From contig OZ024747.1 in the NCBI GenBank assembly GCA_964016885.1, positions 65,472,001 through 65,536,000 of the forward strand: a stretch of 64,000 bases of DNA, given 5' to 3'. This document shows positions 41,020 to 55,507 of this stretch, in pieces. The position numbers and the translations under genes are program-made. How positions within the stretch are numbered: position 1 is the stretch's first letter; the number at the start of each line of letters is the position of its first letter. Source of the DNA: Eledone cirrhosa (Eukaryota). The notes beneath the pieces were generated by a model. That model was given only the letters and a program-made list of their open reading frames with translations. It was not told the DNA's origin and searched no databases.

Positions 41020-41743
41020 ATCATATCATATACACCTTAAATACGTGTGTGTGTATATACATATATATATGTATGTGTGTGTGATGCATGCATGCATGTG
41101 TAATATTTACAATTAGAGAGAGAGTCAGTGGAACCAAGATTTGATGAATCACAGATTTTGATTTTCTTGATCTCAGAGGATTGATCCTCAAAAGAGGTCC
41201 CCACACCCCAGGTAAGGTATGAACTCATAATCAATAAAAAAGGTTCGATCCCAGGTATGTCTCATTAAACTAAGGACCAGCCCGCCTCCATCCTTTTAAC
41301 CTGAATTCAATAGATAACTAATTGCATATATTTTCACATTACTGATCAGGAAAAGTTCAGTTGAAGTAATCAACTCCATTCATCACAATTTCACAAAAAT
41401 ATTGATTTCTATAATCAATATGAAATCCAATGATTTTATAGACAGACGATGTATATATATATTTATATGTGTGGACATATATATGTAGAGAGAGACATAT
41501 ATATATACACACACACACACACACATACACACACACATCCGTGCATATATGTATACATACATAAATAAATATACACAAAAATATATATGTATATATATGT
41601 ACATATATATTATATTATTCATTTATGTTCATACACAGGACAAAAGCATTACCTAATGTTTCAATACTCAAATTTAACCAGAATACAAAAAATACAAGAT
41701 ATTGCTACATATATGTATATGTCTCTGAGACAAATATAAAGAA

Positions 41744-43915
41744 TGCAGTTTTGTCCTGCAGAAGAGCCATCAAAATGGGCACTTTGAATGTGAGGACTAT
41801 TCGGACGCTGGAGAAGAGAGAGGAGTTGGGACATCTGTTCGAGGAGAGTGGTATACAGATACTTGCGATCCAAAAACACAGGATCCTACACGATGAGCCC
41901 GTGAGGAGTGTGATGATTGGGAAGAGGAGCCAGCTCATCACCACATCGGCAGTGAGGAACATGACCAATGCTGCAGTGGGAGGAGTGGGTTTTGTTTTCA
42001 GCACAAAAACCAGTCTATTGGTGAGGGAAATAATGCCTGTCTCCCCGCAAGTGTTGAGGGTGACCTTCAATGGAAACCCAAGGCTGACAGTCATCTCAGC
42101 CTATAGTCCAGCCGAGGGGGACAGTGATGTAAGTGTGGAAGAGTTCCATGAGGAGGTGTGTAGAGCTGTCAACACCACTCAAGCACACAACATCCTGCTT
42201 GTTTTGGGGGACTTCAATGCACATCTGAGTAAGGAGAGCAGTGAAGATCCTTGCTTGTACTTCCATAACAACACCAACCGAAATGGAAGACTACTGAGAG
42301 ACACCCTGCTGGAGGCGAACTTGATAGCGACCAACCTAAGGTTTAGGAAGAATCCGAGGAAGATGTGGACCTACATCTCAGATATGCACCTGTCCAAGTC
42401 CCAGATTGATTTCATTCTGTGAGGAAAAAGTGGCGGAATAGTGTTCTGAACACACAACCATACAACTATTTCAGTACACTGGGCAGTGACCACCAGCTTG
42501 TTATGAGTGAGGTCCGGGTGAGCTTAAGAAAGAGCAAGGCTCAGCCCCAGAGAGCAATCTATGGCTGGGGAGCTTTCAAGGAAGATGATAAGCTACAGGA
42601 GAGGTTCACAGTGGAAGTGAGGAACAGGTTCAGTGCTCTGTGTGGAGAGACAGAGGAGAGAGAGATTGGATGGACTGAGGAGAGTGTGATGAGGAGGTAC
42701 GGGCACTTTACCAATGCAGTGGTGGAAGCAAGTGAAATCCTGGTGCCAAGGAAAAAGAACAAAAGGAAGCATGTCAGCTCTGCAAACCCAAAAGTGTGTG
42801 AGAACACCTGAAAGCTGCCAAAGACCAATTCTATGCTGATCCCATGGAGGAGAGGATGGAGACTGTGGAGGTGATGAGGGAAGAACTCTGTACCGCTTAC
42901 ACTGAGGCCAGAGAGGAGGCACTGATAGAGAAGATCAGAGTGTGGAGAGAGCAGTTGACAGATCTGGATGTAAGGAGAGCTGGATGATCATCAACGAGAT
43001 CACAGGGAGGAAGAGAAGGTGTTCAAGTCAGATCCAGGGAACGGGGCCCGAGAATAGGAAGAGGAAATGGCTAGACCATTTTAGGACCCTACTAGGAGAG
43101 CCACCCTCCACAGCCCAGAGCACTGGGGAGATCAGGCAGCTGTTTGACGAACTGGATATTGAGAAAGAGCCCTTCACCAGAGAGGAGCTTGAGAGAGCCA
43201 AGAAGAAGATCAAGGAGGGCAAGGCTCATGGAGAAGATGGAGTGGCATCAGAGGTGATGAAGAGGTGTGATTTTGATATCATCCTGGGGTTCTGTAACCG
43301 GGCACTGGAGAAAGGAGTTGCCCCAAATCAGTGGAGGATCAGTAACATCGTCCCAGTGCCAAAGAAGGGAGATCTCTCTAACTCCAACAACTACAGGGGG
43401 ATCTCACTGATGTCACTTGTGACAAAGACCCTCAACAGGATGATTCTTAACAGGATCCAGCCTGAGATGGAGAAGAAGCTCAGGGACAACCAGAACGGCT
43501 TCAGAGAGGGAAGATCAACGACCAGTCACATCCTGATGCTGAGGAGGATATTAGAGGGAGCTAGAGCAAAGTGCCTTCCTGCGGTCATGGTTTTCATTGA
43601 CTTTAGGAAGGCCTTTGATTCTGTGGACCATCACTGCCTGATAAAGATATTACAGGCTTATGGAATCCCCAAGAAGATAGTGGACCTGATATCACTGCTC
43701 TACACCAACACCAAAGCCCAAGTCATTACACCTGATGGGATGACAGAATTCTTTGAGATACTGGCTGGAGTGCTCCAGGGAGATACATTGGCTCCCTACC
43801 TTTTTATCATCGTAGTGGACTATTGTATGCGCATTGCACTGGAGAAACACCAGAACTCTGGCTTTACTGTAGCACCGGCTCAGAGCAGGAGAGTTAAGGC
43901 GAAAAATACAGTGAA
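41744..43915 (+). mobile_element. RTE-group LINE (APE endonuclease + RT), disrupted and truncated before the YADD motif
   Basis: TLNVRT, GDFNAH, SQIDFIL, SDH (APE); PKKGDL, NYRGISL, QNGFR, FIDFRKAFDSV, GVLQGDTLAPYLF (RT); stops and frameshifts. Confidence 0.92.
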
Positions 43916-43925
43916 GGAGGCAGAG

Positions 43926-45010
43926 TGATATTTGCGTTCTCATCAGATAAAATAGGGAGACATGATATGAAGCTTAAAAAACACTTGCGAGCAGTGAAGT
44001 GTTAAATCAACATATGAAAAATAAAATAAGATGGATATATGAGATTGGGAAAAAAAAGAAAAGGAAGGGGGGAAGGAAAAGGTAAGGAAGAGGAAGAAAG
44101 AATATAATAAGAAAAAAATATATAATAATAAGGAAAGGATGACGGAGGAAGAGTATAAGAAGAAAGGATGAGAGAGGGGGAGAAAATGAGTGAGAGAGAG
44201 AGAGAGATAACCTTTAATACTGAGAAACACTGTCTCACAGAGAGAAATTTAAAAAAACCGTTGTAAGATAATACATAATTTTTAAAAATTTTGAAATTAA
44301 AAGTTAATGAGGTTTATGAATGGTGATGCTTATGATTAAAGAAAAAGGAATTAAGAATACTATTTATTTAAAGTTTATATATTGAAGGGTTTAATAATAT
44401 GTGCGAAAAGGAATTTATTAAAATGTATTATTAAAATAAAAAATATTAAAGAGATAAGGTGAATGAAGAAAAGGTTAAATGAATTATGAACTTAGAGGAA
44501 TTATTTTAATAATACATTTTAATAAATTCCTTTTCGCACATATTATTAAACCCTTCAATATATAAACCTTAAATAAATAGTATTCTTAATTCCTTTTTCT
44601 TTAATCATAAGCATCACCATTCATAAACCTCATTAACTTTTAATTTCAAAAGTTTTTAAAATTATGTATTATCTTACAACGGTTTTTTTAAATTTCTCTC
44701 TGTGAGACAGTCTTTCTCAGTATTAAAGGTTATCTCTCTCTCTCTCACTCATTTTCTCCTCCTCTCTCATCCTTCCTTCTTATACTCCTCCTCTGTCATC
44801 CTTTCCTTATTATTATATATTTTTCCTTATTATATTCTTTCTTCCTCTTCTTACCTTTTCCTTCCCCCCTTCCTTTTCTTTTTTTTCCCAATCTCATATA
44901 TCCATCTTATTTTATTTTTCATATGTTGATTTGACACTTCACTGCTCGCAAGTGTTTTTTAAGCTTCATATCATGTCTCCCTATTTTATCTGATGAGAAC
45001 GCAAATATCA
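43926..45010. repeat. ~1.1-kb palindrome (arms 43926-44439 and 44501-45010, 61-bp spacer)
   Basis: Arms are near-identical reverse complements; the right arm runs into a hammerhead motif. Confidence 0.93.
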
Positions 45011-45052
45011 TCCCATGATGATATTTGTTTTTGAAATGCACATAATAAAATA
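44982..45052 (+). ncRNA. Hammerhead ribozyme motif
   Basis: tattttat-CTGATGA-(caaatatcat/atgatatttg stem II)-GAAA-tgcaca-TA-ataaaata. Confidence 0.7.
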
Positions 45053-45170
45053 CATGGAACTCTTTTAACCATCTTTTGATTTTATATTTATACTCCAGTC
45101 CTATAAACTGTTGAGTTCTACTTATCCGATATTTGCATTGCTTTATTGTGCTACAATAAAACTCACCTCT

Positions 45171-45201
<31 letters not shown>

Positions 45202-45245
45202 CATCATCATCATCATTTTACATCCGCATATATATATATATATAT

Positions 45246-45935
45246 CCGACCAAGCCAACCACGGATTACACACATTGAACATCGCTCCCACCAATCAACT
45301 CCATCACAACGAAAATATCCGGCAACTCAGCACACCCTCTACGGAACTACCTTAGGAACTTACCCACGGACATACACTCACAAAAATTGTTTTCCCACAC
45401 GCCACCTACATCCACAATACGTATAAACATCACACACACGTGCGTACCCCCACATATTTACACACTCAGCCTCCGGGATTCTCCCCTCCCCCCTCCCCCC
45501 TCCCCCACCCCTCTGGACCTCCCCATCCACACGCGCGCACACACCCCCGACCTACACCCCACCCCACACACACACCACCTTCAGCCCTCCCTGCTCGGAC
45601 ACCCCGCCTCCCTCTCCCTCTCCCCACTCCACCCGCCACCACCCCCACACGCCCCACACCCTTCCACCCTTGTTTATGTTCATGTTTATTTTTATTTTTA
45701 TTATTTTTTTAGATTTCTTTTCATTTGTACCCCTTCCACCGTTTCCTCACCCTCCCCTTTTTTCTAAATGTCTCTCCCCCACTCCCCTACACACCCTTGG
45801 AACTCTCTTCCCACACACTTTTCGCCTGAAGAAGGGCTTATGTTCGAAACGTCGTTCCCCACCCCCACTCTCAAGAGCGTGAAACTAATAAACCTTTGTT
45901 CGTACTGCCTCTCTGTTTTGTTACCGTTCCATTGT

Positions 45936-45940
<5 letters not shown>
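45246..45940 (+). mobile_element. Penelope-like 3' end/pLTR with weak hammerhead core (45826-45853); related to 52120-52240
   Basis: CTGAAGA-agggcttatgttc-GAAACGTC then gagcgtgaaactaataaa; bounded by (TA)n. Confidence 0.55.
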
Positions 45941-45976
<36 letters not shown>

Positions 45977-46098
45977 GCATCTGTTTCTGGCTGATTTCCC
46001 TTCATCAGTACCATATACTGCTTACCTGCCAACTGTCAGAGCTAGTGAAAATACATGATATTTTCTGGAATATACGGCGACTGATCAGCCTGATGTGC

Positions 46099-46148
<50 letters not shown>

Positions 46149-46339
46149 GAATATATACATATATATATATATTAAACAACCAAATTATAAACGTAAACAT
46201 GTAAGTATGTTTTTGAAACGGTGCGCGAGTTTGAAATTAGAAATTAGAAATTATAAGCTTTCACCGTATTTTAGACTAAAGAAATTTCTAGCCTGATAGT
46301 GGGGTTTATAACCCTCGGAGAAATGGAAAAAGATGAGTG

Positions 46340-46476
46340 TTGCCTTGTCTGACGAACGAATGAGGACGTTTCTTGTGTTCGTCTTATTCGGGAAACCTCT
46401 GGAAATGAGGTAATTATATTGTATTGTTTATTATATATATATATATGTGTGTGTTCGTCTTATTCTGGTAATGAGG

Positions 46477-46559
<83 letters not shown>

Positions 46560-46648
46560 AACAATACAATATAATTACCTCATTACCAGAGGTTTCCCGA
46601 ATAAGACGAACACAAGAAACGTCCTCATTCGTTCGTCAGACAAGGCAA
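46340..46648. repeat. Tail-to-tail inverted pair of Penelope pLTR ends around (TA)n, each with a hammerhead-like core
   Basis: 46340-46437 vs 46552-46648; CTGACGA-cgaatgaggacg/cgtcttattcg-GAAACCTC..GAGGTA. Confidence 0.8.
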
Positions 46649-49600
46649 TTTAAAACAGTGAAATATTTGAAAAATCTCAAGAAAGGCAAAAGTTTAACGG
46701 GCAAAAAAAATATATAAATAAAAGTAATGCAAGAGATATATAAAAAATAAAATAAGGAAATATAGTAAGGGTATGTGTATAAATGTGTGTATATACACCT
46801 ACAAATGTACATATGTGTGTATGTACAAATGCATGTGTATAGTAAAAAAATGTGTGCATAAGTACATACATGAGGGCAAGCATATCAGTGTATGTATGAC
46901 CACAAATGCGTATATAATATATGTTGAAAAAGGAAATTGTAAGATAATAGAGTTAGCGTACATACAAACTCAGGGACTAAGGATTGAAATATATACACAT
47001 ACAAGTATGAAAGCACGCGTATAAACACACACACGCGCGCAACCACATACATGCATGCGATATATACAGGGAAGGGAGTGTATCAGTCAAAGCAGTGTCC
47101 GGCTGAAGGTCGATACATATATAAAAAAATATAAAATATGAAAATGAAAAAATGAAAAATATATGAGAATAAAAAAATTAAATCAAAGAGAAAGTAAGAG
47201 GGAGGGGTTAACAATTATAAAGTAACACTAGAAAAATAGAAAACATACAGAGGTTCGTACACATGCATATATATATAAAAATATATATATAAATACGTAC
47301 AGACAAAAGCACATACATGCGTACATACATACAAAAGCGCGCATACATACACACGAAGCACATATATATACATACATGTACATCTAATCACACGCACGCA
47401 CACGGCCATATATATATATATACATATATATATACACACACACATATATATATATATATACATATACACACGCACACATATATATAAGTATGTAAAAAAA
47501 CATAGATATAAAAACACACATACACACACACATATACACATACACGTGCACATACGAATGCATTTGAATACATATACAAGCACGTATACACACATATGCA
47601 CACTTACACGCATACATACAATATAAAAACCAGCCGTATGAATAAATGAGTACAAATTATACGCAAGTAAACATACATAAAAGCGGCTGAGGGACAACAG
47701 AATATATCTGGAGTTGAAAACGTAAGTGACATGTGATATCAGGTAGTGAAAGAAAAGGGGGAAGTAAAATATGTAAAATTGTGAAGATATAAAGTAAATC
47801 AAAAAGCAGGGGGGGGGGGGGGCTACTGGTGGATGTGAAGTAAAAATAAAGTTAAAAATAAAAATAAAAATAAAAATAAATCAGAAAGAGAAGTCTGTAA
47901 AGAAGGTAAGTTAAGGAAAGTGAAGAACAAGAGTTTATGGAGGATAAGTATCTGGAAGTGAGTTAATTTTATATGAGCTGGAAAGCAAGTGTGATTTCAT
48001 GTGTGGGCAACTAGTGAAAATTTCTGTTTTTGCATTTAGGCAGGTTTTTGGTGATTTAAGCTTCTGTAAAATCCAATACTTTTCACTTATGCAGAGTGCG
48101 CATCTTCTTGTTCCTCTTGCATATTCTTTAGATTGGTTCAAAATTGACCAATCTAATTTATATTGGATACCTTGGTCTTTCAAATCCCATATTCTGCTAG
48201 CCAGAGCTGTTGTAAATCTTTTTTCAGGATGTCGGAAAGATGCGACATGTGAGTAATAACGCGTTTTGAATTTGTCTTGTGTCATACCCACATATCGTTC
48301 GCTTGTGGCTGGTAGGTTGTTGCTGGTGGTTGTCTCTTTAGCCGCATATACAATGGCTTTGGTGTTGCATTTACCTTGTAATGGGCATTCACTTTTGACT
48401 CTACAGGAGCAATTTTGATGTTCTCTGGGTATTTTTTTATTGAGGATATAAGATTTAATAGGGGGACCGCAGGAGTAGCTGATTTTGACACAGTTTCTAT
48501 TGAAGTTCTTATAGTATCTATGTGTTCTAGGGAAATGTTTATCTAAGAGCTCTAGGAATTTTTTGCCTACATTAGTTTTAACTGCTAAAGAGTAGCGGGG
48601 TGTGAACTAGATTATTTTTCTTTTCCTATTATTATGTTTAAAGGAGTTAGTATTGTTGGGTATGTACTTAATCAGTTCGCTAAATCCGCTATTTTAAAGG
48701 GCTTTATTATAGTAGGGGGATGCCTTATTGAAAATAGCTTCTGAGGAAGAGAGGGTGGAGATCCTATGGCTAATATTAGGGATAAGATTTTTTTAAACTA
48801 TAGGAGGATGGCAAGAGCCTTTATTTATATATTTTAAATTTAGGTTTATGGTACGGTTTATAAGAAGCAGTAGGCAGATCTAGGTTTATATCTAGAAAAT
48901 TAACATTAGAAAGGTTAGTGTCAATGGTAATTTTAAGATTAAAACTAGCGAAGGTTTTTATTAAGTCTTTCCTGAATCTATCTAAGTTATGGCCTATAGT
49001 GGTATGGGAAAGTATTAGACCATCGTCGCGATAAAGCCCAAAGGTATGGTTAGGGAATTTCTCTTTAAGTGTGTGTAGGAGGAATAGGCCGACTAAATCA
49101 CACACGTCAGCACTGTCAAAAGAACCCATTGAGATATCGAATGGGTTCTCTGGGCTAGATTTTTTTACCCAAGTGTCATTATTAGTAAATAGTAAAGTGT
49201 TTCTAGCATGCAAAATGATATTCTCTTCAATATCAGAAATATTGATAAACTTTCTAGCGAAATGTAATGCTTTCGTTAAAAGAGGGTGAGTAATAGACAG
49301 GTAGAAGTCTACAATGTCAAATTGGGTGAATCTAGAACTATTTTTATCTTTAATATTATTAAACCAATGTACTACGGAAGAGCTATTTATCCATTGGAAT
49401 AATTCAGACTTACTTCTAATATGTTTGTTTATATTATTTAATATGTTTTGCTAGCAAGACCGATTTCAGTCTTGGCAGGGTTGATTAATCTACAACTAGG
49501 ACGATTAATAAAATCAGATTTGTGATCTTTGAGGGTGAAGTAGGCATTACGTTTAGCAAGTTTTTCTGTTCTATTGTCTATTTTTTAAAAACTAGGTAAT

Positions 49601-49819
49601 TCTTTAGCTTCCTTATTAATAGTATTATAGGTGTTTATATTAGTTATTTGGTATTTAGAGGTGATGTTATCTGTTAAGAGTTGGTCATGTAAGTTATTAT
49701 TAACTTCGCATAAGTTTTTAGTTTTCTCAGAGAAAATGAACTTATTTTTAGAAGATTTGAATATTGAAATATCGTTAGATAGTTTAGATTGTATTGTTTA
49801 TATTGTATTGTTTATTATA
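46552..49819 (-). mobile_element. Penelope-like element, Naiad-type (RT + C-terminal GIY-YIG), disrupted
   Basis: Manual translation: TLKDHK..F...[66 protein letters not shown]...YVGMT, CALCISEK, LNAKTEIFTSCPH; long 3' UTR. Confidence 0.88.
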
Positions 49820-49898
49820 CATTAAATTTAGCTCTGTAACTTACATAGAGCACTCTTCACTCCTATGACTTTTTCAATTTTCAACGGAAACTTCAATA

Positions 49899-49955
<57 letters not shown>

Positions 49956-50044
49956 GACAGAGAGAGATAAGTTTATCCCAGGTTCAATCAGGGGTAACCA
50001 CGGTAAGTAAGGTACTCAATACATAGCAGAGTATAAATATTTAA

Positions 50045-50144
50045 TATAGAAATGGCTTCTACAGGACTAGAACTGTTTCATCAGGGCTTCCTGATAATTT
50101 CTCCCGAATGAAACAGTTCTAGTCCTGTAGAAGCCATTTCTATA
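50045..50144. repeat. Perfect ~37-bp inverted repeat overlapping a mutated hammerhead (50085-50135, +)
   Basis: ggcttc-CTGATAA-...-GAAACAG..CTGT-A-gaagcc; core G8 changed to A. Confidence 0.7.
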
Positions 50145-50146
50145 TG

Positions 50147-50227
<81 letters not shown>

Positions 50228-50852
50228 TATGTGTGTGTGTATATATATATTGATCTAAATTGATACCCAATATATTACTGTGGATGACAGGTAAAAGTGT
50301 AAAAGTCTAAAAGTTGACATCTGCAGAATTTCAACATCAGTAAATATAGATTACTGAGAGTTAACTGCTCTCAGATAATACAAGAGCACTGTACAGTACT
50401 GCACTTGGTCACTCTCTTCTAATTTAGAACAGTTTAATAACACCAATTAGGGAAATATCAACAAATATATTTTTAAAAAAACTTATAGACATAAATAAAG
50501 CAGAAAAAAAATGATAAATATATATATATGAAAAATAAATAAATTACATATGCAATTCTTCAATTAGTTATGAAATATAAATTCTCTTCCTTATTTCATT
50601 CTATTTCTATATTTATTTTATATTTTTATTTGTTTGTTTGTATACTGGGATGGGAGAGGTCAGTGAATGGGGCGTAGATTTATCTATTCTGAAATTGGAA
50701 ATGGTTGGTAGTATTTTATAACACTGAGACATGAAAAATAAGCAGAGTCAAATTAACGCTTCTATATATTCTGCAATATTATTTCTGGCTTCAGGCAAAA
50801 CAATATTGGCACTGACATACTTGTTACTTAAAATATGGATGCATATATATAT

Positions 50853-50900
<48 letters not shown>

Positions 50901-51516
50901 GCATCTAACCCATGCTAGCGTGGAAGATGGATGTTAAACGATGATGATGATGATGATATATATAGTCAAAAATACATGCAGAGAGAGAGTCTGCGGTGCT
51001 GAACATACATGCCAAAAACATTTGGCGGCGCTGTTGGGGTTTTATATATCTATGAGTGTGTGTGTATATATATATATATAATATATATATATATTCATCA
51101 TCATCATCATCATCGTTTAATGTCCATCTTCCATGCTAGCATGGGTTAGACGGTTTTGTTCCATTTGTTGTGGGAATGGTCGGGAGACCATGTCTCACTC
51201 TCACGGAAGCATCTCTGGCAGGTTTTTTTACAGATGGCTGCCCTTCCTAACACCAACCACATTTACAGTGTGGACTGGGAGCCTTTTCACTGTCTCCTAC
51301 ACAACCACCTTACAGTGTGGACTGTTGTATGATCGACACAGTGGACGGAACAGGAGAGTGGGGGTGTGGTAGGGTGTGGCGGTGGGGTGTACATTGAGTT
51401 AAGAGGTACCTACTGACTGTAGGTTTGTATGAATATATTTAAATATATACATATATATATATAAATATATGTGTGTGTATGTACATAGATACATATCTAT
51501 ACATGCATATTTGTAT

Positions 51517-51597
<81 letters not shown>

Positions 51598-51679
51598 TGC
51601 ACTGTTTTTGGTAATTTCACACCAAATTTACATTCATCAGTTGAGAGTTATTTTGTATATAGATGTTAATGGTAGGGGC

Positions 51680-52240
51680 CGGTAGAATAATTGATTTGTA
51701 GAGGTTGACATGCCACATGACCATGGCACCCTTTCCATATCCACCAGTTTAATGACAATGTCATCCCAGGTCCAGAGGAAGGAGAGGGCAGCAATTTCCA
51801 CCCAGGAGATGTTTGCCTCCTGGTGGCATCTATGAAAGTCAAACCGGTTCACTCCAGTGTGGAAGGCATCCAGGATGCACAAATGTGTCCAGGGTACTGA
51901 ACTCTCCGGAGCCCAGCGTCCATGTTCCAGAAAGCTATCAGGGTTATTCGATGTATGAAAGTGTGCCTGTAGTTTCATGTAGAACTCGTCATTATGTGTT
52001 GTGGGTGCTATGAAGCATAAACCTCTACTGAGGAGGGATTGTTTATGTCCAGAGAGAAGGTTAGTAGGGGTATAGTGACAACAAATTGTGAGTTGTCTTC
52101 TACACTTCAAACGCTGTTTTTCCTGATGAAGGGCAAATGCCCTGTACATTGATTGTGTCACTCACTCTCTTTCTTTTGAGCATGAAACTAATACAATTTT
52201 ATGTTAATGCATCCTCCTGTTTGTTCATTTCTTGTTTTCT
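51680..52240 (-). mobile_element. Degenerate Penelope N-terminal fragment with an inverted pLTR remnant
   Basis: LLSRGLCF..P and NIS..E.AAL..L....DIVIK..D resemble PLE N-terminal motifs; ctgatgaagggcaaatgccc at ~52123 (+). Confidence 0.6.
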
Positions 52241-52278
<38 letters not shown>

Positions 52279-53655
52279 AATTTGGGACCCTGATGGCTGA
52301 GCTCCTGCTGTTTCAACAGCTAGATATATATATATATGTATGTATATGTGTGTATATATCATCATCATCATCATCATCGTTTAACATTCCCTTTCCACGT
52401 TAGCATGGGTTAGATATGTATATGTGGGGTGGTGGTGGTGGTGGTGGTGGTGGTGGTGGGGGGGGGGGGGGGGGGGGGGGGGTTATATATAACTACTCTG
52501 ACTGAACCGTGTGTATTTTGGTTGGTTTAAGAACAGATATACAATGCCCCTGCATGTCATATGAGGTGACTGAAAGTGTTGGGAACAAGATGAGAAGAAA
52601 TTGTGTCCAGCCTATGCTAGAATGGAAAGGTGAATGTAAAATGATGATGATGATTAGAAGGAGGAGGAAGCAGAAGAGGAATAGGAAGATGATGATTAGA
52701 AGGAAGAGGAAGCAGATTGGGATAAAGAATGTGATGATGATGATGATGTTTGGAAGAAGGGGAAGGCAGCAGAATAGAAATAGGATGAAGAGTGTTGGGA
52801 GGAGGAGAGAGAGGGGTAGGGTGGGGGGGGGGGGGGGGGTAAAGATTGTGATGGTGGTTATTTAAATCTATGAGCTGGCACAAGTAAAAGAGTAAGATGA
52901 TAAAATTCAGTTTTTATTTATCTATCTATTTATCTATCTATTTATCTATCTATCTATTTCTTTTTAAAATGATTACTTCAAAATAGATTTATTTGTAAAA
53001 GTTGTAACCAGATTATATGCTGTATAGATATTCAATGTCAGTTAACTTATGACTGTGTATAGACAAATGATGGAGAGGAGGTTTTTAGTGACACATTAAG
53101 TACTCTTATTAAACGTAATCAGTCTCATTACCATACAAGCAGAATATAAAAATATTTGTAAACTAAACACATATATAGAAGACAATCTAGTGAATAAATT
53201 CTGTAAAATGAGCGGAATTAATACCAAATTAATTGGCACTATAATCTGTGAAATGAGATGATTGTCAAAACGTTTTGCAGCTGTAAATTTTCAATAGGAA
53301 GTTATAAAAGTCAAGAAAATGTTATAATATAAAAATTTGGCTAAGTACCATTTTCTATAATTCTATAGAATGATGATATAACAGTAGTTTATATATTTCA
53401 GGTGTATCGAGAGATTCTTGCCAACTTTTACACTGCTTTTCCATCATGTGTGAATTCTTGCAGAGAATGACTACTTATTCACAATTATCATTATTATTAC
53501 TACTACTACTACTACTACTAAAACTACTATTACTACTACTACAGTTGTCACTTGGGTTTGGAAACTTCAATAACAAAGAAACAGCTATTTCATATACTTG
53601 AAACAAAACTCGTTTCCAGGAAAATGATAACAATTTCAATTTCTGTATGTGTGTG

Positions 53656-53725
<70 letters not shown>

Positions 53726-54173
53726 TGTGGGTGTGTGTGTGCATGTGTATTTATAAGTATTTATTTGTGATTGTGTGTGTGTGCACACATATATATACAT
53801 GTGTGTGTGCATGTATATGAATGGGCATTTATTTGTGAGTGTGTGTGCATATATGTATAAATATATATGTGGGTGTGTGTCTGTGTATGTGTGTCTGAAT
53901 GAACATCTATTTGTGAGTATAAGTATGTGTGTATTTATGTGTATGATTGTGTGTTTCTGTCTATATATGTGTATGAAAGCTTGTGTTTGTATGTGAGTTT
54001 TTGAAAAGTCACTTCATATAGAACCAATCTATTTAGCTGTCAAGATTTTAATTTCCTTCATCTCAGCATTGTGAGGATTTAAAAATTAATTCTAGACTTA
54101 ATTAATACATTAATACTATTCCTATATAAAAATATCGTCCATCATCCATATACCCATATATGTAAGCATGTAT

Positions 54174-54296
<123 letters not shown>

Positions 54297-55337
54297 CTAA
54301 CTTGGTCATTTGCAATGCGAACAAATGTATACTTATATCAGTGTTTATCCCTATCATATATTCAATTGTATTACACGGCGGCTTAGAAATATTCCTTTCT
54401 TTGAGCTATTTAATTGTAAAGGATTATTTTGAGTTTATAACTCTATATATAATATATATATATATATAAGGGGGGAAAAGATTCAAGAGGACCCTTCAGT
54501 CATGCCATGGTGTGGCAACCTCTCTAGAGTTGATGATGATCTACATTATAAATATATCATCATCATCATTCTGACTACATCAAGCATTAAACTAATATAT
54601 TTCTTCATTGTACTGTGTTGTTTGGTTTGTTGTTTACACTTTTTGTGTGACGAATGGAGAGATGCTGTGCTGAAGAGGACTCGCCCCCACCCTTGCAAGC
54701 AGGGAAAAGCGGACATAAAATGATGATGAGGATGTATGTATGTATATATATATATATATCTATCCCCTGTAATTTATCGAGCTCAAGGAATAGGTATCGG
54801 GCTCTTCATAATACAGTATATAGAGAAGAAAACACAAAATGGTGTATTTTCAATTAGGAGCAAAAATATCAAAGGAAAAAAACCGTGTTTGGTATTTTGG
54901 CTCCAAACTCATTTCTTTATGTAAGTTGAGCTTCTTAAGTTGAATGATTATGGGCTGCTATTTCTAGCGGTCTTTTGATCCATTCAAGCCACTATGTACT
55001 GTACAGCACACATGTTTTCATAACTCTTCACCATGTGTGATATTTCAGTTGTCTGAAGTATTTTTAGAAGTATTGACCATGCTGTCTTTACACTTGTTGA
55101 GAAGCCCTAAGGGGCATGGAATCAACACTTTTTATGATGAAACATTCTCTTATTAGAGTTTGCCCAGGTGTTTCATAGTTATAAAAGGTTGGTCTGTACA
55201 TTTTGATTTACTCTTTTAATTAATATGTATTTTCTTATCCTTTCGTAGACTTTGTTTTTCACTCTAGTGGTTCTCTACCCCTTGTAATTGAAAACATACC
55301 TTTTTGTGTTTTCTTCTCTATATACTGTATCTGTATC

Positions 55338-55468
<131 letters not shown>

Positions 55469-55507
55469 AGCATGTATGTATATATATATGTATGAATATA
55501 TATTATG

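Noticed and set aside
47935-49800. Selenoprotein-coding Naiad
   Set aside because: No in-frame TGA at Cys positions in the parts translated; the stop seen is TAA and there are frameshifts
53402-53470. Plus-strand exon VYREILANFYTAFPSC...
   Set aside because: Acceptor-like site only; early stop and no partner exons
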